From contig JAQGDQ010000084.1 in the NCBI GenBank assembly GCA_030141605.1, positions 496,001 to 560,000 of the forward strand: DNA of 64,000 bases, written 5' to 3'. The translations under genes and the position numbers were made by a program. This stretch comes from Tubiluchus corallicola (Eukaryota; Animalia; Priapulida). The first letter of the stretch is position 1, and every line of letters begins with the position of its first letter. Under the pieces are notes generated by a model. It made no database searches. It was given only the letters and a program-made list of their open reading frames with translations, and had not been told where the DNA came from. Below are positions 12,534 through 26,600 of the stretch, in pieces.

Positions 12534-15118
12534 CTATTAATAGGTTTCATGGTACTCCCACCCAAATTCGCTTTACTGGCGGACAACTTGTTCTATACCC
12601 ACTAACTAATAGAAATATTTGTTTATTTAATACTTCAAACAAAAGAACACATGCTCGTAAAAGTACACGATTGCTCCTAAATTTTCTAATGGATTTAACA
12701 AATCACTGTTTGACAGCTGTTACCATTAAATTCACCTCGTATTCTGGCTAACTGTGCACCTTGATTGCTCCTAAATTTTTTGACTGAAAGAGTACATCTG
12801 CCCTCTTCACCGTAATCAAAAATGTTCTAATGGGTTTAACAAATCACTGTTTGACAGCTGCTACCATTAAATTATCGTACGTTCCTTCACCTCGTATTCT
12901 GGCTAACTGTGCACCTTTTCGTAATTATTAAAGTAAAGTAACCACCTAATGCATTTTTTCTTCAAAAACGTTTCTTGCGATATTATTTCTCTACACACAG
13001 GTTTTTATTGTTCATGTTTGGGATCTTTATCTTTAACTGAACGTAAATCATGATTAAGACAATCTTTTTTTAATCTGAGAATCTTAAGATGATTGTATAA
13101 TTATAAAATTCCGTGCATTCCTTTCCTTATTTCCGACATTTTTAGTTGTAAATTACAAGGCAACCATTTCTGTTGACGAACAGTCAGACAGAGATATCGT
13201 TTCACGAGAAATCATTTCTTACATCATTATTTCATTCGCTTCATGGGAAAGTACATTCGTTACTTCAAAAAGCCAGTGCTATGTTGCTTTATTGATGGTC
13301 TGTATATAGTAACGAGTTTTTAAATTGACGGGAATGTAGTATTTCTTCTATTTTTTCCACTTTACTGCTTCTCTATGTGTCACTTTGTGTTGTGCACAAC
13401 AATTAAAATCATCAAATTTATCTTGATCATATTTTATAAATTCTGATTTGTAATTTATAGCATTTACTATGTAGGGCAATTATTATGCATGGATTTTAAA
13501 TATTTTGCGCTTATAAAGCTGAACAATTCTGTTGGTTTTTGTTTAGGGCGTAGACTATACTGAGAAACCTTAGAGAGTGTAAATTGTATAATTTGATTAA
13601 AATCATGTGGAGGTTCTGAGGGCAAGAGAGCTGTGGCTAATCTCTAATAAGTCACGGCACATTTTTTACTCATTTACACAGCTTAATTATCACGATTTAG
13701 TCTTCTTTTCTGATTGTCCCTGAATTACAACAATTTTGAAAAAAATTAATAATTTTAATTTTTTGTGTCAATCATTTCTTTCAAAATCAACAGTGTTTTT
13801 GGACTAAAACGTGCCGCATTTTTTGCTTGCATCGCTAGGAAAATAACTTTATAAAGTGGTGTATTTTGCTGTTACGCTGTTCTTATTCTCATTCTCGTTG
13901 TTCATGTAATAAAGTTTTAGGAGGTCTTATATTGTGACGTCACAATAGAGTTACTCCCGTATTCTAAATTTTTGCGATAACCGATAAACAGCATTCTAAA
14001 TGACATGTTTACAAAGAAACAGATCCATGACGACAGTAATTAGCGTTCTACTTGACATATCCAGGCGGTAGATCGACTAAGCGAGTAACCCAGTGCTTCG
14101 CATTCCGAATTTGGCTACATTGCATTTTCCTGTCTGCTCTTGAAACAGTATACTCTCCTGTCAAACACGAGTTAGCAAAGAATTCTAAATCAAATTTACA
14201 CAGTAGTGAAAACAGTCGCGGATCTTCCACGAGAATGCAAATACACATAGAGAAATCGTTATTTGTCAGATACTTTACGTAGCTCGGTCTGTCCCTTCCG
14301 TAAAGTTGCCACACATACATGCCGCAATTAAATATGTAAACTTGCTAACGGGGTAAACTGGTCTGTTTGCACTCCACAGTTCCTGTTGGCTTGCGTTTAT
14401 TCCGTTGTTCTTTGTTTAAAGAAGTTTTCTGCTATTTTAGACTTTGCCCCGTAATGTTTGGTTTCAAAAATTGTAGACTATTCAGCAACTTTAATTAAGT
14501 CTTCGGTATCAAGGCGTAGTTGCATATTTTCATGCCATAAAATTTACCACGTAATGGTTGGCTAGATTTATTATGCGAATTCACAACATGTTTAATTGGT
14601 CACTGTAATATTAATAATAATATGGTAATAAATAATGCTACTTAAACAATCTGGTCAATCGAAACGAAACAAATGTTAAGTGCTATTAATATTTCGAAAA
14701 ATAAATTACTGAAGCAAAGAAATAATGGGTATAATGAAAGATGCATTATTTACAATCTCTTGTCTTTCTGTCATTTTTAAAACTTTGTTCTTTTTTACTG
14801 ATTTTTAAACTAAGAGGCTTGTGAAGATGACAATACGGGAGTTATCCATGTTTTTTATCTTTGTTTATATGCTGTAGTGACTTGCAGTCAGCGAGTGTTT
14901 ATGTGAACGTGTTTTACGTCATCAAGGTGGGCGTCATCTAATGTAATGTGTTGTGCTCCTTAAAAGAATATAAATTTTATTTATTTTTGGCTGCAGGCCT
15001 CGAGCTGCTACCAGAAAAAGCCCTAATTATTGGTTATTTTCTTTTAAGCTTTTTTTAAATTACACTTCTTATTGCATGAAAAATAAGTTTTACTCATAGC
15101 CTGACCGAATAAAAATTA

Positions 15119-15746
15119 TGAAAGAAAGATAGGATAATTTTTTTCATATACTGCCCCATTTTCAAGTCCGATATAAACTATACATTTTAACACAGTTAAT
15201 ACTGCAAAAGTGTTTCTGATTATTAAGTAATAGATTAAAATCTTAATTAACGGGAGACGAGCCCAACTATTGATGACATCACAAACTAACATAATTTTCA
15301 ACAGCAAAAATATTCCACGAGCGTGTTGCACGTGTTTGCGAAAGTGAAAACTGAAGTACAGTGCTGCTGTAAGATATTCAGTGTGTTGTACTAAAACCAG
15401 GCGAGTTTTAAGACGAAAATGCAAATTTCAAATTTATCGCTGTGCTCACGCATAAGGTGTCGAATGTGTGCAGTTCGTCACAAACTAACACATCTGAACT
15501 GAGAGGTATAGCACCTGTTTTTGTCCAATGTGTTTCCGAAATGCAGGCGTTAGTACCAGTTTAACTAGCAAATGGCGAAATGCATGTAACAGCGAAGAAC
15601 TAGTGGCGCGATTATGAAACTGTGTTTGTGAGGTAATAATTCTTTCACGGAAGTCTTTTTTGAAAAAATAGTATGTTTCCTTTTCTGTATTTTAAAGAGT
15701 AGATTGTTTTGACTACAGTTTAAGATTGGGTCTGTTTTTTTCTTAA
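15119..15746 (-). mobile_element. MITE family A, full copy
   Basis: reverse complement of family A. Confidence 0.88.
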
Positions 15747-16721
15747 AGTTTTTTGCGAATAGAGCAACGCGAGCCACGGCCTTCGAATGTAGGCTGGGTT
15801 TCTTGTATGTACATACGAAAGTTTGTAATCAAGAGGAATAATTCCACTGTGGAATAGCGGTGACCCTTTGAAGCTTTCTAGTTTTCCTGATATAGCTGTA
15901 ATTTGAGATCGTTGATATTAATATAGGTTACAATGAGAATCATAAACCCGTGACCCGACTAGGGGGATAAAATAGGGCTTGAGGAGACGTGTCTTCCAGT
16001 GTCAACCGAAACTAGCTTGTAGTATATCAAATGAAAGGTCTGAATGAGACAAACTAAATGATATAAGTTATGCCGAGATTGGTTAACCTTTGACCCGCGG
16101 GCTGAGAGTTAGATGCTGAGGTTTCATTGTGAAATGCACTTCCCATGTATTCAAGTAATGTGAATAAAGAAAAATAAGCACTTTTAAGGAACACTGTCAT
16201 CTGTTCATTTTAAGGCTCAATTTTATAACTATTGTTACAAAATCTTCAGTTTCTGACCAGGTCAGAAACATTGTCGCCTAGTTCTGTGACTGTTACACTT
16301 CCCGTAGATTTTGATACAGTAAAAAAATCGGCAACAGTGTAGCTCACATGCACCTTCCAACTTCCTACATTCCTTGCACACTTTTCTGAGATGATAATTA
16401 AGCAATAATTATTAATTACACCAGTTTGTTTACACGCGCTAATCTCGCCCGCACGCTAATCTGCAACTACCTCTGATGTAGATCTGCTATTTCTGTCTTT
16501 TTTGTAAATTGATTGAGTCGACGAATCTCGTTTGCTTATTAATTGCGCATCTCGTGTTTACGGGGCGTCACGTTTGGGTAATTAGTGCAAGATTAGGCAA
16601 TAAAGCTATCACACGTTACCTGTCAAGTTTTGATCGCCCGATGACACACTTTGGTGTGTTTATAAATTTGTAAATGAAGATTAAAATCGGCCGCTGCATA
16701 TTCAACTGTATAGGTAAAGGA

Positions 16722-16795
<74 letters not shown>
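16722..16795 (+). repeat. (ATT)n microsatellite
   Basis: direct inspection. Confidence 0.97.
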
Positions 16796-16796
<1 letters not shown>

Positions 16797-16960
16797 ACTC
16801 TTCATTTTGATATATGCGCGCGCCCTCTATTTGCAGGACTATAATAGTTAACAATATAACAACTTATAATAGCTATGCTAACATTGTATTATCATTACCT
16901 TCCTAACTGAGCTTGATAACCGTTTTCTAAAATTAATTAGTGCCATTATGAAAGAAGTAA

Positions 16961-17501
16961 AAAAAGGAAAGAACAATTCACTGTGTACGATGGGTTTATT
17001 TTACTGTTATCACTTAAACTTAGAAAAATATAACAAAGAAATTTGCCTATAAAGCATAAAGTTAAAATAATCTACCTCTGAATAGAAATTTTCAAGCGTG
17101 GCGGTTGCCGCCATTCACTTGAAAATTATGACGTAACTGGAGGACTTCGTAACTTTTCGTAAGCGCGTCGTGGCTTTCCGTAAGCGCGCTTTGCTTAAAC
17201 TAATTTTAAACTTCCGCAATTTACATAATGTTCACGCAAAAATATTACAAGATTATCTACCCATTTTTTTGTAAAAAGTTATTATACTTTTGGTGAAGAT
17301 TGACACTGCGTTACTTTTCTTCATTGGAAGAAGAATGGGAATTGAAAATAGGAGCACCCAAGCATGAAGTGATCGCAACTTTAAAGTGGTTTTACTAATT
17401 ACACGAAGCGCTTATTGCAGTTTTATTATTAAATCCTTCTAATATTTTTCGCGAACATTAAAATAAGCCTAACTTCCCAGAAAGTTTGACCTTTCCTTTA
17501 A
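16961..17501 (-). mobile_element. Kolobok-type MITE family C
   Basis: ends ...GACCTTTCCT|TTAA; homologous to 36819, 45577 and 48935 copies. Confidence 0.82.
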
Positions 17502-17589
17502 ATGAATCCCTAGTTAGTAATAGCAGAGTTCATATACTCAGCTTTTCAGGGTTTCAGCCCATCTCAGATTATATGAAGTGTGCTATGTA

Positions 17590-17730
17590 CTTTTTTGTAC
17601 TGTATTTCATTTATTAGTTTATCATTGTACTATTTCATTTATTTGTATTTTATTGTACTATTTCATTTATTTGTATTTTATTATACTATTTCATTTATTT
17701 GTATATTATTGTACTATTTCATTTATTTAC
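17590..17730 (+). repeat. 28-bp AT-rich tandem repeat
   Basis: TGTACTATTTCATTTATTTGTATTTTAT repeated. Confidence 0.85.
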
Positions 17731-18086
17731 ATATCAGGTTTTACTTCATCATTTGTCGTCATCGTCATCTCTTGTAATGTTCATTTTATTATCGCAATTA
17801 CCTGGACGAAATACAGTCATTAGTTTTACAAAAAAAAAAAAAAAATTGCGCGCAACCTAGAAATTGAACGTAAAAGATTTTAAATTCTAAGCAGAGAAAG
17901 TGACCAGGTTAAACGCGATTCTGGGTTCACATTTTTGTCTGTGGTATGGAAAGCTACGTTAGTCTGTAGAGACACATGCATTGAACGACTTTTGTGCTCG
18001 GCTCAGCAAATCTCATTTACGTCCACGGAAAGTTTTCATAAAAGCATCCTTACATACAATACTAAATATATATATATATATATATG

Positions 18087-18515
18087 CAGTGTTCCCTCGC
18101 TACTTCGCGGTTCGCTTTATCGCGGACTCGCTGTTTCGCGGGTTTTTGCGATACTCCGTCTAAAGTATTTTTGCACATGCGTAGTACGTATTGTACAGTA
18201 ATGTTTAGATTTGATGAATTTTGCATAAAAAATCACAAAATGTATAAACATATATTAAAAATATTAATTCTAACATAATATTATAAATCATAGAAAATTA
18301 CCATTTACAGTAAATAGTGTATTTATTCGGCGGATGAATACACACCAAAAACGAAATGTAGTACTTGCGCCCGCTTGAGATGCTACTTGCCGACGTGAGA
18401 TTGTACACAACACACGAATAACTACTAAAATAAGTATAGCGTCCCTACTTTGCGGAAATTCACTTATCGCGGGTGGGCCTGGAACGGAACACCGGCGATA
18501 AATGAGGGAACATTG
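18087..18515 (+). mobile_element. Tc1/mariner (Tigger/pogo-like) MITE
   Basis: TIR CAGTGTTCCCTC / GAGGGAACATTG in (TA)n context, CGCG-rich subterminal motifs. Confidence 0.82.
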
Positions 18516-19039
18516 TGTATGTATATAGATGAAAATGAGAATGAGAACGGTTCCGGTCCTGCTGCTGTACGCTTTAATTGCGGCGAAAAAGTCTTTAAAA
18601 AACTTGTGAATTCTAAAATCAGACCCTAATTAAGTCATACGTTGGGCTTGTATTAGTTGTTTCTTTGTGATGTCGTGTGACTTCCGTGTGTACGTCTGGA
18701 ATTAACACTTCACTAATTCAGCTACTGTAATCCGTCATTCTTTTCATCGTTTCCTAATGCTCTTCAGTGGTCAGGGGCGTTGCTGTCAGGCACAAAATAT
18801 CTCAGCGGTCAGTGGCAGCGCCAGTGTAAAAACAAAAACATATCGTCTGATAGTTGTGACCCAATGACTCCTCTATATTTTGTGGTGATCCTATCAGCCT
18901 GGAAAAATAAACAGACGCTACTACTGCCACCTTTCAACTCATAACTATCCGAATTCTCGGGAAATTCGTTATCTATAGCCTGTAACAATTGCCGTTAAAT
19001 TTTGCTTAGTACATATAGAACTAGATGAATTAATATGAT

Positions 19040-20050
19040 TAATTAGAACAACCGCAAGACCATGAATGTAGAGAGAAGTTAGAGCAACGGCAAGACTGTG
19101 AATATAGAGCGGAATTAGGACAATTGCAAGACCATGAATGTAGAGAGAAGTTTGAGCAACGGCAAGACTGTGAATGTAGAGCGGAATTAGGACAATTGCA
19201 AGGCCATGAATGTAGAGAGAAGTTAGAGCAACGGCAAGACTGTGAATGTGGAGCGGAATTAGGACAATTGCAAGATCAAGAATGTAAAGAGGAGTTAGAA
19301 TAACCGCAAGACCGTGAATGTAGAGAGGAGTTAGAATAACCGCAAGACCGCGAATGTAGAGAGGAGTTAGAATAACCACAAGACTGTGAATGTAGAGAGG
19401 AGTTAGAATAACCGCAAGACCGTGAATGTAGAGAGCAGTTAGAATAACTGCTCGACCGTGAATGTAGAGAGGAGTTAGAATAACTGCAAGACCACGAATG
19501 TAGAGAGGAGTTAGAATAACTGCAAGAGCATGAATGTAGAGAGGAGTTAGAATAACTGCAAGACCATGAATGTAGAGAGGAGTTAGAACAACCGCGAGAC
19601 CATGAGTGTAGAGAGCAGTTAGACCATGCGCAAGAGCATGAATGTAGCGAGGAATTAGAACAACTGCAAGACCATGAATGTAGAGAGGAGTTAGAACAAC
19701 TGCAAGACCACGAATGTAGAGAGGAGTTAGAATAACTGCAAGACCATGAATGTAGAGAGGAGTTAGAATAACTGCAAGACCATGAATGTAGAGAGGAGTT
19801 AGAACAACCGCGAGACCGTGAATGTAGAGAGGAGTTAGAACAACCGCAAGACCGTGAATGTAGAGAGGAGTTAGACCATCCGCAAGAGCATGAATGTAGC
19901 GAGGAATTAGACCATCCGTAAGAGTATGAATGTAGCGAGGAATTAGAACAACCGCAAGACCATGAATGTAGAGAGGAATTAGAACAACTGCAAGACTGTG
20001 AATATAGGGAGGGAGTTCCTACATTCATGGTCTTGTGGTTGCCCTAATTT
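19040..20050 (+). repeat. 36-bp minisatellite, about 27 units, capped by one inverted unit
   Basis: GAATGTAGAGAGGAGTTAGAAYAACYGCAAGACCRT; 20017-20049 is a reverse-complement unit. Confidence 0.95.
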
Positions 20051-21668
20051 AGATAGTATTAATTCTTGTAGTTCTGCATGTACCAAAGATTCAAAGCTGC
20101 TTAAGCGAGCCGCTTTAATCTGATGCAAAGATCAAATTATGTTATTCTTGCTGGCTGTATATGGCACTTTAACTAAACTCCTTTTTTTGCAAACCTATTT
20201 GCATTGCCCAATTGTAAGTAGTAAAGTAATTTAATATGATAATGTATACGTATATATGCGTGTTTGAAGAGATACCCCGGAGGTATTATGACATACGCGG
20301 CGTCGTTTTTTGGCTGTTAGCTTTGCATTTAAATCGCACAATGTATAATAGCTTTCTTCCTGTGCACTTTCAGCCTAGAATTTTTGACTAAACAGAACCG
20401 TGAAAAGATGCATGGGAGCTTTTGTTACGAAAAACTGCGTATTCGGTGCACTAACTAATTGCATTTTTTTGTTTATTTAAGACTTGTTTGTCTGCGGCAT
20501 GGGTTAGTTCATTTTGGTTTACTTCCCTTTGTACCAGATTCTTCTGCTTACTTCTTGTAATAGTTTGACTTGCTGTGTCTGTAAGTGGCCTGGTTTGCTT
20601 ATTCGATGATCAATGCTTTTCAGTTTTTCTGATTTTATTACCAACATTGGTGACAATGTATTTGCTGCCTACTCTCTTTGTACTCCTGTCTTCAGATTTC
20701 GACCAGTTGTGCCTGGAAATCAATGCGAGCGCGGAGACATGGTTGTCAAGAATATTGGAAAGGTGAACATTTGCCAAGATTTGAATCAAGTGTAGACAGT
20801 ACAGCATTAACGGTTTTTGTAGTTTCAGCAAAAGCCATCGCAGAATTTCACTTTCAACTCTAAATGTTTGTAAGTGTAATGAAAAAGACAGCAAAAAACT
20901 GAATAATCCTCAGCGCCATCTATTGGGGACTCGTGTCGTTTGTGAATTGATTGATTTCTGTATTTAAACGGCTTCAAGCCTAGGGTTACTGTACGGTCAC
21001 GGACACGACTTGTACGTGTAATTATACTCATTGTTTCAGCCCTTTCCATTGTTAACTGCTGCTAATCGACGCGAGTTAACCTGTGTACCTGTTGTTTCAG
21101 CCCAGGTAGCACGCGTGTGGGCGGAAATGTTCAGGTAACACCGTTCAGGTGAGCAGTAGTTAGCTGAGCGTTGCAGAAGCTAGACGAGAACAGACTCACT
21201 CGGTCACTGTTGTGTGGAAAGTACTGGGACATTTGTAAACTGTGCTATGTAGGATGCTTGCGGCAAAAAACCTTGTGCAGTTATTTTCCTATATTATAAA
21301 GTCGTTATTTATTGTGCGACATTCGACATAATTGGCAAAATAACGTGTGGGAGCGCGGAGGAGAATTAAGAGGTCCAGTTTTGCTTGTTTTTGAACAGAC
21401 GTCATGCAGCAGTATCCTCGAGTTTAATCTTCTTGTACAAAATACACACATTCTTGTTTTTGTCTACTGAACTTGGACACAGTGTGGTGGAATTTTCTCC
21501 GGATCATGCAGCATCCTAATCGGAGGATGTAAACCAGTTCTTCAAGCAGGTGTATAAAATCATGCTTTCACCTTTACACTAGGATTTAACCTGCAGGTAT
21601 GGATTAAACATTAGAGCAATGTTACCAGGGAGTAATTCTACAGTAGGCTTCTAAACGGTTGAGGGCTG

Positions 21669-21841
21669 ATAGTACCAAAACTGAGCTCTGAGATTGTAAA
21701 TATGTTATTTTACTAGTACCAAAACTGAGCTCTGAGATTGTAAATATGTTATTTTACTAGTACCAAAACTGAGCTCTGAGATTGTAAATATGTTATTTTA
21801 CTAGTACCAAAACTGAGCTCTGAGGTTGTAAATATGTTATC
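21669..21841 (+). repeat. 44-bp tandem repeat x4
   Basis: TAGTACCAAAACTGAGCTCTGAGATTGTAAATATGTTATTTTAC. Confidence 0.92.
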
Positions 21842-22931
21842 TTCATTTAGGATACCTGTCAGAACTACATAATGATATAATTGATAAATTGTATGTTTAC
21901 TCTGCATATCACAATACAGTTAAAGGGATGAATCAACAAACTATGAAATCAACATCTTTTACCATTTTAAAGGAGATTTATTGGGTTTTCTGCCTCTGTA
22001 TATTGTGTTTTTTAGTGGTCTGTTTTGCGTTTTTATGTTTTGTGTCTGGTGTATAATAGTAATAAACGCTTTATTTCACAAACATAAACACAAGTCCATT
22101 TAACAAATCACACAGTTAAATAAAGTAACAGTAACAGTAACGCATACAGTAACACGTCCCTACAAATACTGGGCTCTTTTTAAGCGAAGTTGATTAAAAA
22201 GTACAATAATTTATAACAAACACATCTACATATATATCACACTGCCGATTGAATACACTAATTCGTACCTCTTAATTTAGAATCACGTATTGTTGAAATT
22301 TTATGCGCATAATTAATCAACAGTAATATATATGTGTACATGTAAATATTTTACTAGTTTCTATCGTAATTTTATAGTATAGCTAAGTGATTTTTAATTT
22401 TTGTACAATGCTACGTACTTTTAAATTATGAAATTAATTTAAAATAAAAATAAAGTAAATTTAAAATGATGTAAAACTGGATGTTTACGACGCAGTTTTG
22501 ATTCTGATATCGACCTAGATTTTTTTAGCTTAATTCTAATATCATGCATCATTAAATACATTGTTAAAATTAGCCGGGTTGTATTATGACTACATAGAGT
22601 AAGCCGCAGTTAAGATTATAATTAGTGTAATTAATACTTTTCATGGGGCTATAATGAAAGTAATTTGTTGGTGTCCTATATAAACGTGAAAGTTAATTAG
22701 CATGATGGGTTTAAGTAATGCCTTGTTTTTTTTTTCTATAACCATCACTTTCATTGCAAGGCACAGATGTAGGTCATATTGTTACAGAGTAGAAAAATGG
22801 TGAGTGTTGTGTGCAAGCAGAAACATTCATAGTTCATCATTTCCTAATTTCTGTGTAAAACGTTAGCTTTTTGTACGTTGCAGGGTACAGGTAGTATAAA
22901 TTATAGACCTTTTAAAGACGTGCTCAATAAG

Positions 22932-23031
22932 TGTTGTTGTTGTTGCTGTTGTTGTTATTGCTGCTGCTGCTGCTGCTGCTGTTGTTGTTGTTGTTGTTGT
23001 TGCTGCTGCTGCTGCTGTTGTTGTTGTTGTG
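22932..23031 (+). repeat. (TGT/TGC)n microsatellite
   Basis: direct inspection. Confidence 0.95.
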
Positions 23032-23106
23032 TTTTTCTCGCACTGATTGATGCATACCTTTTTTTTAAAGAATTGTTTATTAATCCTGAGTCCTGGAAGA
23101 AATTGA

Positions 23107-23481
23107 GTAGTTTCGTTGTGCGCATGCGCAGTTGCTGTAGGTCAAAGGTTAAGTGTACTACAGCATCGTGTCTTAACTGTAACCGTCTCATGATGTGTGG
23201 GCAGAGCAAAGCAGTTTGCTGCATCAGTTCAGCAACTTCAGTTGTTTTACATGGATTTTACTTAACTATGCATCATTTTGCATGTAGAGTGACTTACTAG
23301 CAGGATCTTGCTTGAGAACAAGAAAAAATGAACTAGGTAATGTTCTAGCTATTTGTTAAAACCGTTACTATTACAATAGCATGGGCTGCGAGGCCTTGTC
23401 AAGTGTACAGAAATGCGTTGTCAGGTACACTTAACCTCTGACCTTTTCACGATCATCATCAATCGCTGGAAAAGGCTCATT
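23107..23481 (+). mobile_element. MITE family E copy
   Basis: similarity to 1758-2153. Confidence 0.8.
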
Positions 23482-23557
23482 TGTGGACAGTGTCGTCATA
23501 AATTTGTGACATGTAACCATTAACTAGATTGCAATTTTCAGTCTGTACGTACCTTAT

Positions 23558-23721
23558 GTATTGAAAGAAGAAACACGAACGTTTCAATTTCATTTTCATC
23601 AGTAGTGTGGGTATTGAAAGAAGAAACACGAAAGTTTCAATTTCATTTTCATCAGTAGTGTGGGTATTGAAAGAAGAAACACGAAAGTTTCAATTTCATT
23701 TTCATCATTAGTGTAGGTATT
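23558..23721 (+). repeat. about 53-bp tandem repeat x3
   Basis: GTATTGAAAGAAGAAACACGAAAGTTTCAATTTCATTTTCATCAGTAGTGTGG. Confidence 0.9.
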
Positions 23722-24235
23722 GTAACGTGCGTTTAAATGTGTTCGTTTAGTTCCTAAATCCCTGCTATTGTGTTCACACCTGTACAGCATGTAAACGTGC
23801 ATTGCATCTGAACCCCGTGTATCGGATCCTATCCTTTGTTAAGAAAATCGGAAAAACGGGCTCCCTCTTATTTCTAAGGGGCAAAGGCGTCCTTTTACAA
23901 ATACGTGAGTGATTACTATACCTGTTCAATCTAGAACCGGATCCTTGCCTATTACTCTGTGTCGTCAGTTATAATTCATCGATATGAACAGGAATTAAAT
24001 TATTAATGTAATAATTTCACAGGTACAATGCTCCTGGCTGATTGGTAATGGTTGCTGGTACTAGTGTGCACTGTACTGCCTGGTATTATCGTTTGCTTAT
24101 GTCACGTATATGTATAGTGTTCTACGTATATATCTGCTTCCGTGTAGTAAATAACAGTTTTCATTTATGAATGAAAGAATTTTACACGAAAAGTTTGGTT
24201 ATACGTTAGTATGATTCTGTGCAATACTTATGTAT

Positions 24236-24705
24236 TTAAAGCAACACCGGAGCCAATCTTAAACTGTAGGTCAAAACAATGTACTTTTTAAAATATTGAA
24301 AGGAAACATACTATTTTTTGCTTACTTCCTTGCTTCAAAAATGACCTGCGTGAAAGAATTATTACCACACAAACACAATTTCACGTTCGCGCCACTAGTT
24401 CTTCGCTGTCACATGCATTTCGCTGTTCGCCAGTTAGACTGGCACTAGCGCCTGTATTTCGGAAACGCGTTGCACCAAAAACTGGTGCTGTGTCTCAGTT
24501 CGGATGTGTTAGTTTGTGGCGAATTGCACATGTTTGAGAGCTCATGCGTGAGCACAGCGGTAAATTTGCCCGCCATTAATTAAGTTTTTAATCAATTATC
24601 TAATCATCAGAAACGCTTTTGTAGTATTATTTGTATTAAAATGTATACTTTTTATCGGAGTTGAAAATGGGGTAGTATATGAAAAATCATCCTGCCTTCG
24701 TTTTA
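24236..24705 (+). mobile_element. MITE family A, internally deleted
   Basis: both termini present; about 150 bp internal segment missing. Confidence 0.85.
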
Positions 24706-26214
24706 TGTCTTATCAACTAAATATGGCGCTGCTGCTGTGAGCATATTTGCACACATGATATTGTCCTAGCTAATGTTTATCATTTTGAACTTCTGTTCTG
24801 AATTTCTTACTAGCAAATATTGGCATAAATCATCTTATCAGTTGGTAGACTGATGTTGTAGTGATATATTTCCAAGTCGGCAGAAGGTTTATAGGTCCTT
24901 ATTTAATTCTGTTTATATACGTTTGTTATAATAGCAAAGTGCTATTTGGTTACTTTTTCATACATTAAACAGTAGTAATGCAGTTATACTGTATATAGGT
25001 GATGGATATATGCAAAAGCAGACATGCTGTAGCACTCACTGTAGCAGTACTTAGATAAGCAACCTGATAACTGTATATTTGCTGTACGTGTAGCATGTAT
25101 AATATACGAATTTTATTTATCTTAAGTGATGGACATACAGTAAGTGGAATTTTTCCACTGTGCAACAAATGCATTTTAGTTGAGAACAGATATATACAAC
25201 TGGTTATCAAGAATATAGTTACACAGATAGTTCAAAAACACGAGTAATTCATTAGTTAACATTTAAAATTGAAATATACAAAGCTCACACAGTACAGAAA
25301 CGATGCCAGAAACAATTATCAATGTACATCATCCTATTAGTTATACAAAAGTATGATTGATCAATAACTGGTGTTTAATTCAAAAGACTAAAATTCAAAA
25401 TACTTCAGGTTGCAGTTCATTTTACAATTATACGTACAATCAATTAGCAAAACATTTAGTAGACGTTATGTAGTTCTGCAACAATATGAAGAGAATGGCA
25501 CTGGATGGATGACCTGATCTGAGTTTATGAAAAATGTCGTTGTTAATAATAGCAGGTCTAGGGTTGGCGTGTAATTCTTGAGTTATGAGTCGATAATCAC
25601 AGAGCTGATGCAGTAATAGTGTTCTGTGTATGTCATAGTTTGGACACTCAAGAAATAATGGTGGGGGGGGGGACTCTCAGTCGAATTGTTACATCTACAT
25701 GAAGGGTCATCGATAATATTCCTAGAAAACAAATCACGTTTTAATTGTGTAAAATTAGCGATGAATCTATTTGTTGAAATCTGATTACTTCGATCATCGT
25801 TATAATTGGGGCATACTGATTTAATACGAACATTCAGTATGGGTACTATACAGATAACACTGTCACTACAGTATAGTTAAACCTCGTCACATTAGAAGGA
25901 ATAATTAATAGTAGATTTGGTTTATTTATAAGTTAATTAATTAAATTGTTTGTGTATAAACACGAACAAGTATAGTGCTGTTGTGGTACTTAGTCAGTAG
26001 ATAATAAAGACCTGTCACCAGTGAACGTCAATGCTACGTTTCCCATCGTGAAAACAAAATAATGTGATACAACGTTTTTATGCATTGATCTAATATCGTA
26101 GTGAATAATAAGAGGGCAATACTGTAGTTTGTAAAAACTAATTATTTGTGACTAGTCAAATAATATTGTCTTCAATATATAGTTTGCCCAGGGTGCCAAA
26201 CTCGATCAGAAACT

Positions 26215-26600
26215 TAGAATATGTCTGAGCGCTCTCCTACTACCCCATGGATTGCTTCAATGCTGCTTCGACTTTTTGTGCAACTGCTGTCTGCTTCGAC
26301 TGCTCGTACGTTATTGATTTTTTGTGCCAGTGCTCTGTGCACTGCCATTCAGCTGATATTGGATACTGTTGAATTACTATGCCTGAAACACGACTGACTG
26401 ACATTTTTCGTGCACTTTGGCTTACAGTATGCAGAAGCAGGATTTACTCAACCGCATATTTGTAGAGAGACCGGTACCTACCTGGATATCAAGGATATCC
26501 TTCTCAGAGGAGGCACTGATCTGGTATAGTTGTCCTTTCCACGTTTGGATGTATATACGTCCTCCTCAGATTCATGCAGAAATTAACTGCTTTGGTTAAC
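26215..26600 (-). pseudogene. putative SPFH/band-7-like gene, C-terminal remnant
   Basis: frameshifted KAV...YIH...GYP*YPGRYRSL...IL*AKV...GIVIQQYPIS.MAVHRALAQK...R..IEAIHGVV parallels SPFH YPY......SL...LQ.RV..AG..I......Y...IAQ. Confidence 0.4.

Noticed and set aside
19276-20028. 250-aa Ser/Cys/His-rich ORF (and the + strand EQPQDHECREEL frame)
   Set aside because: Product of a 36-bp repeat; the + frame is full of TAA stops and there is no splice context
22878-23300. poly-Cys / poly-Gln ORFs
   Set aside because: Trinucleotide microsatellite plus MITE sequence
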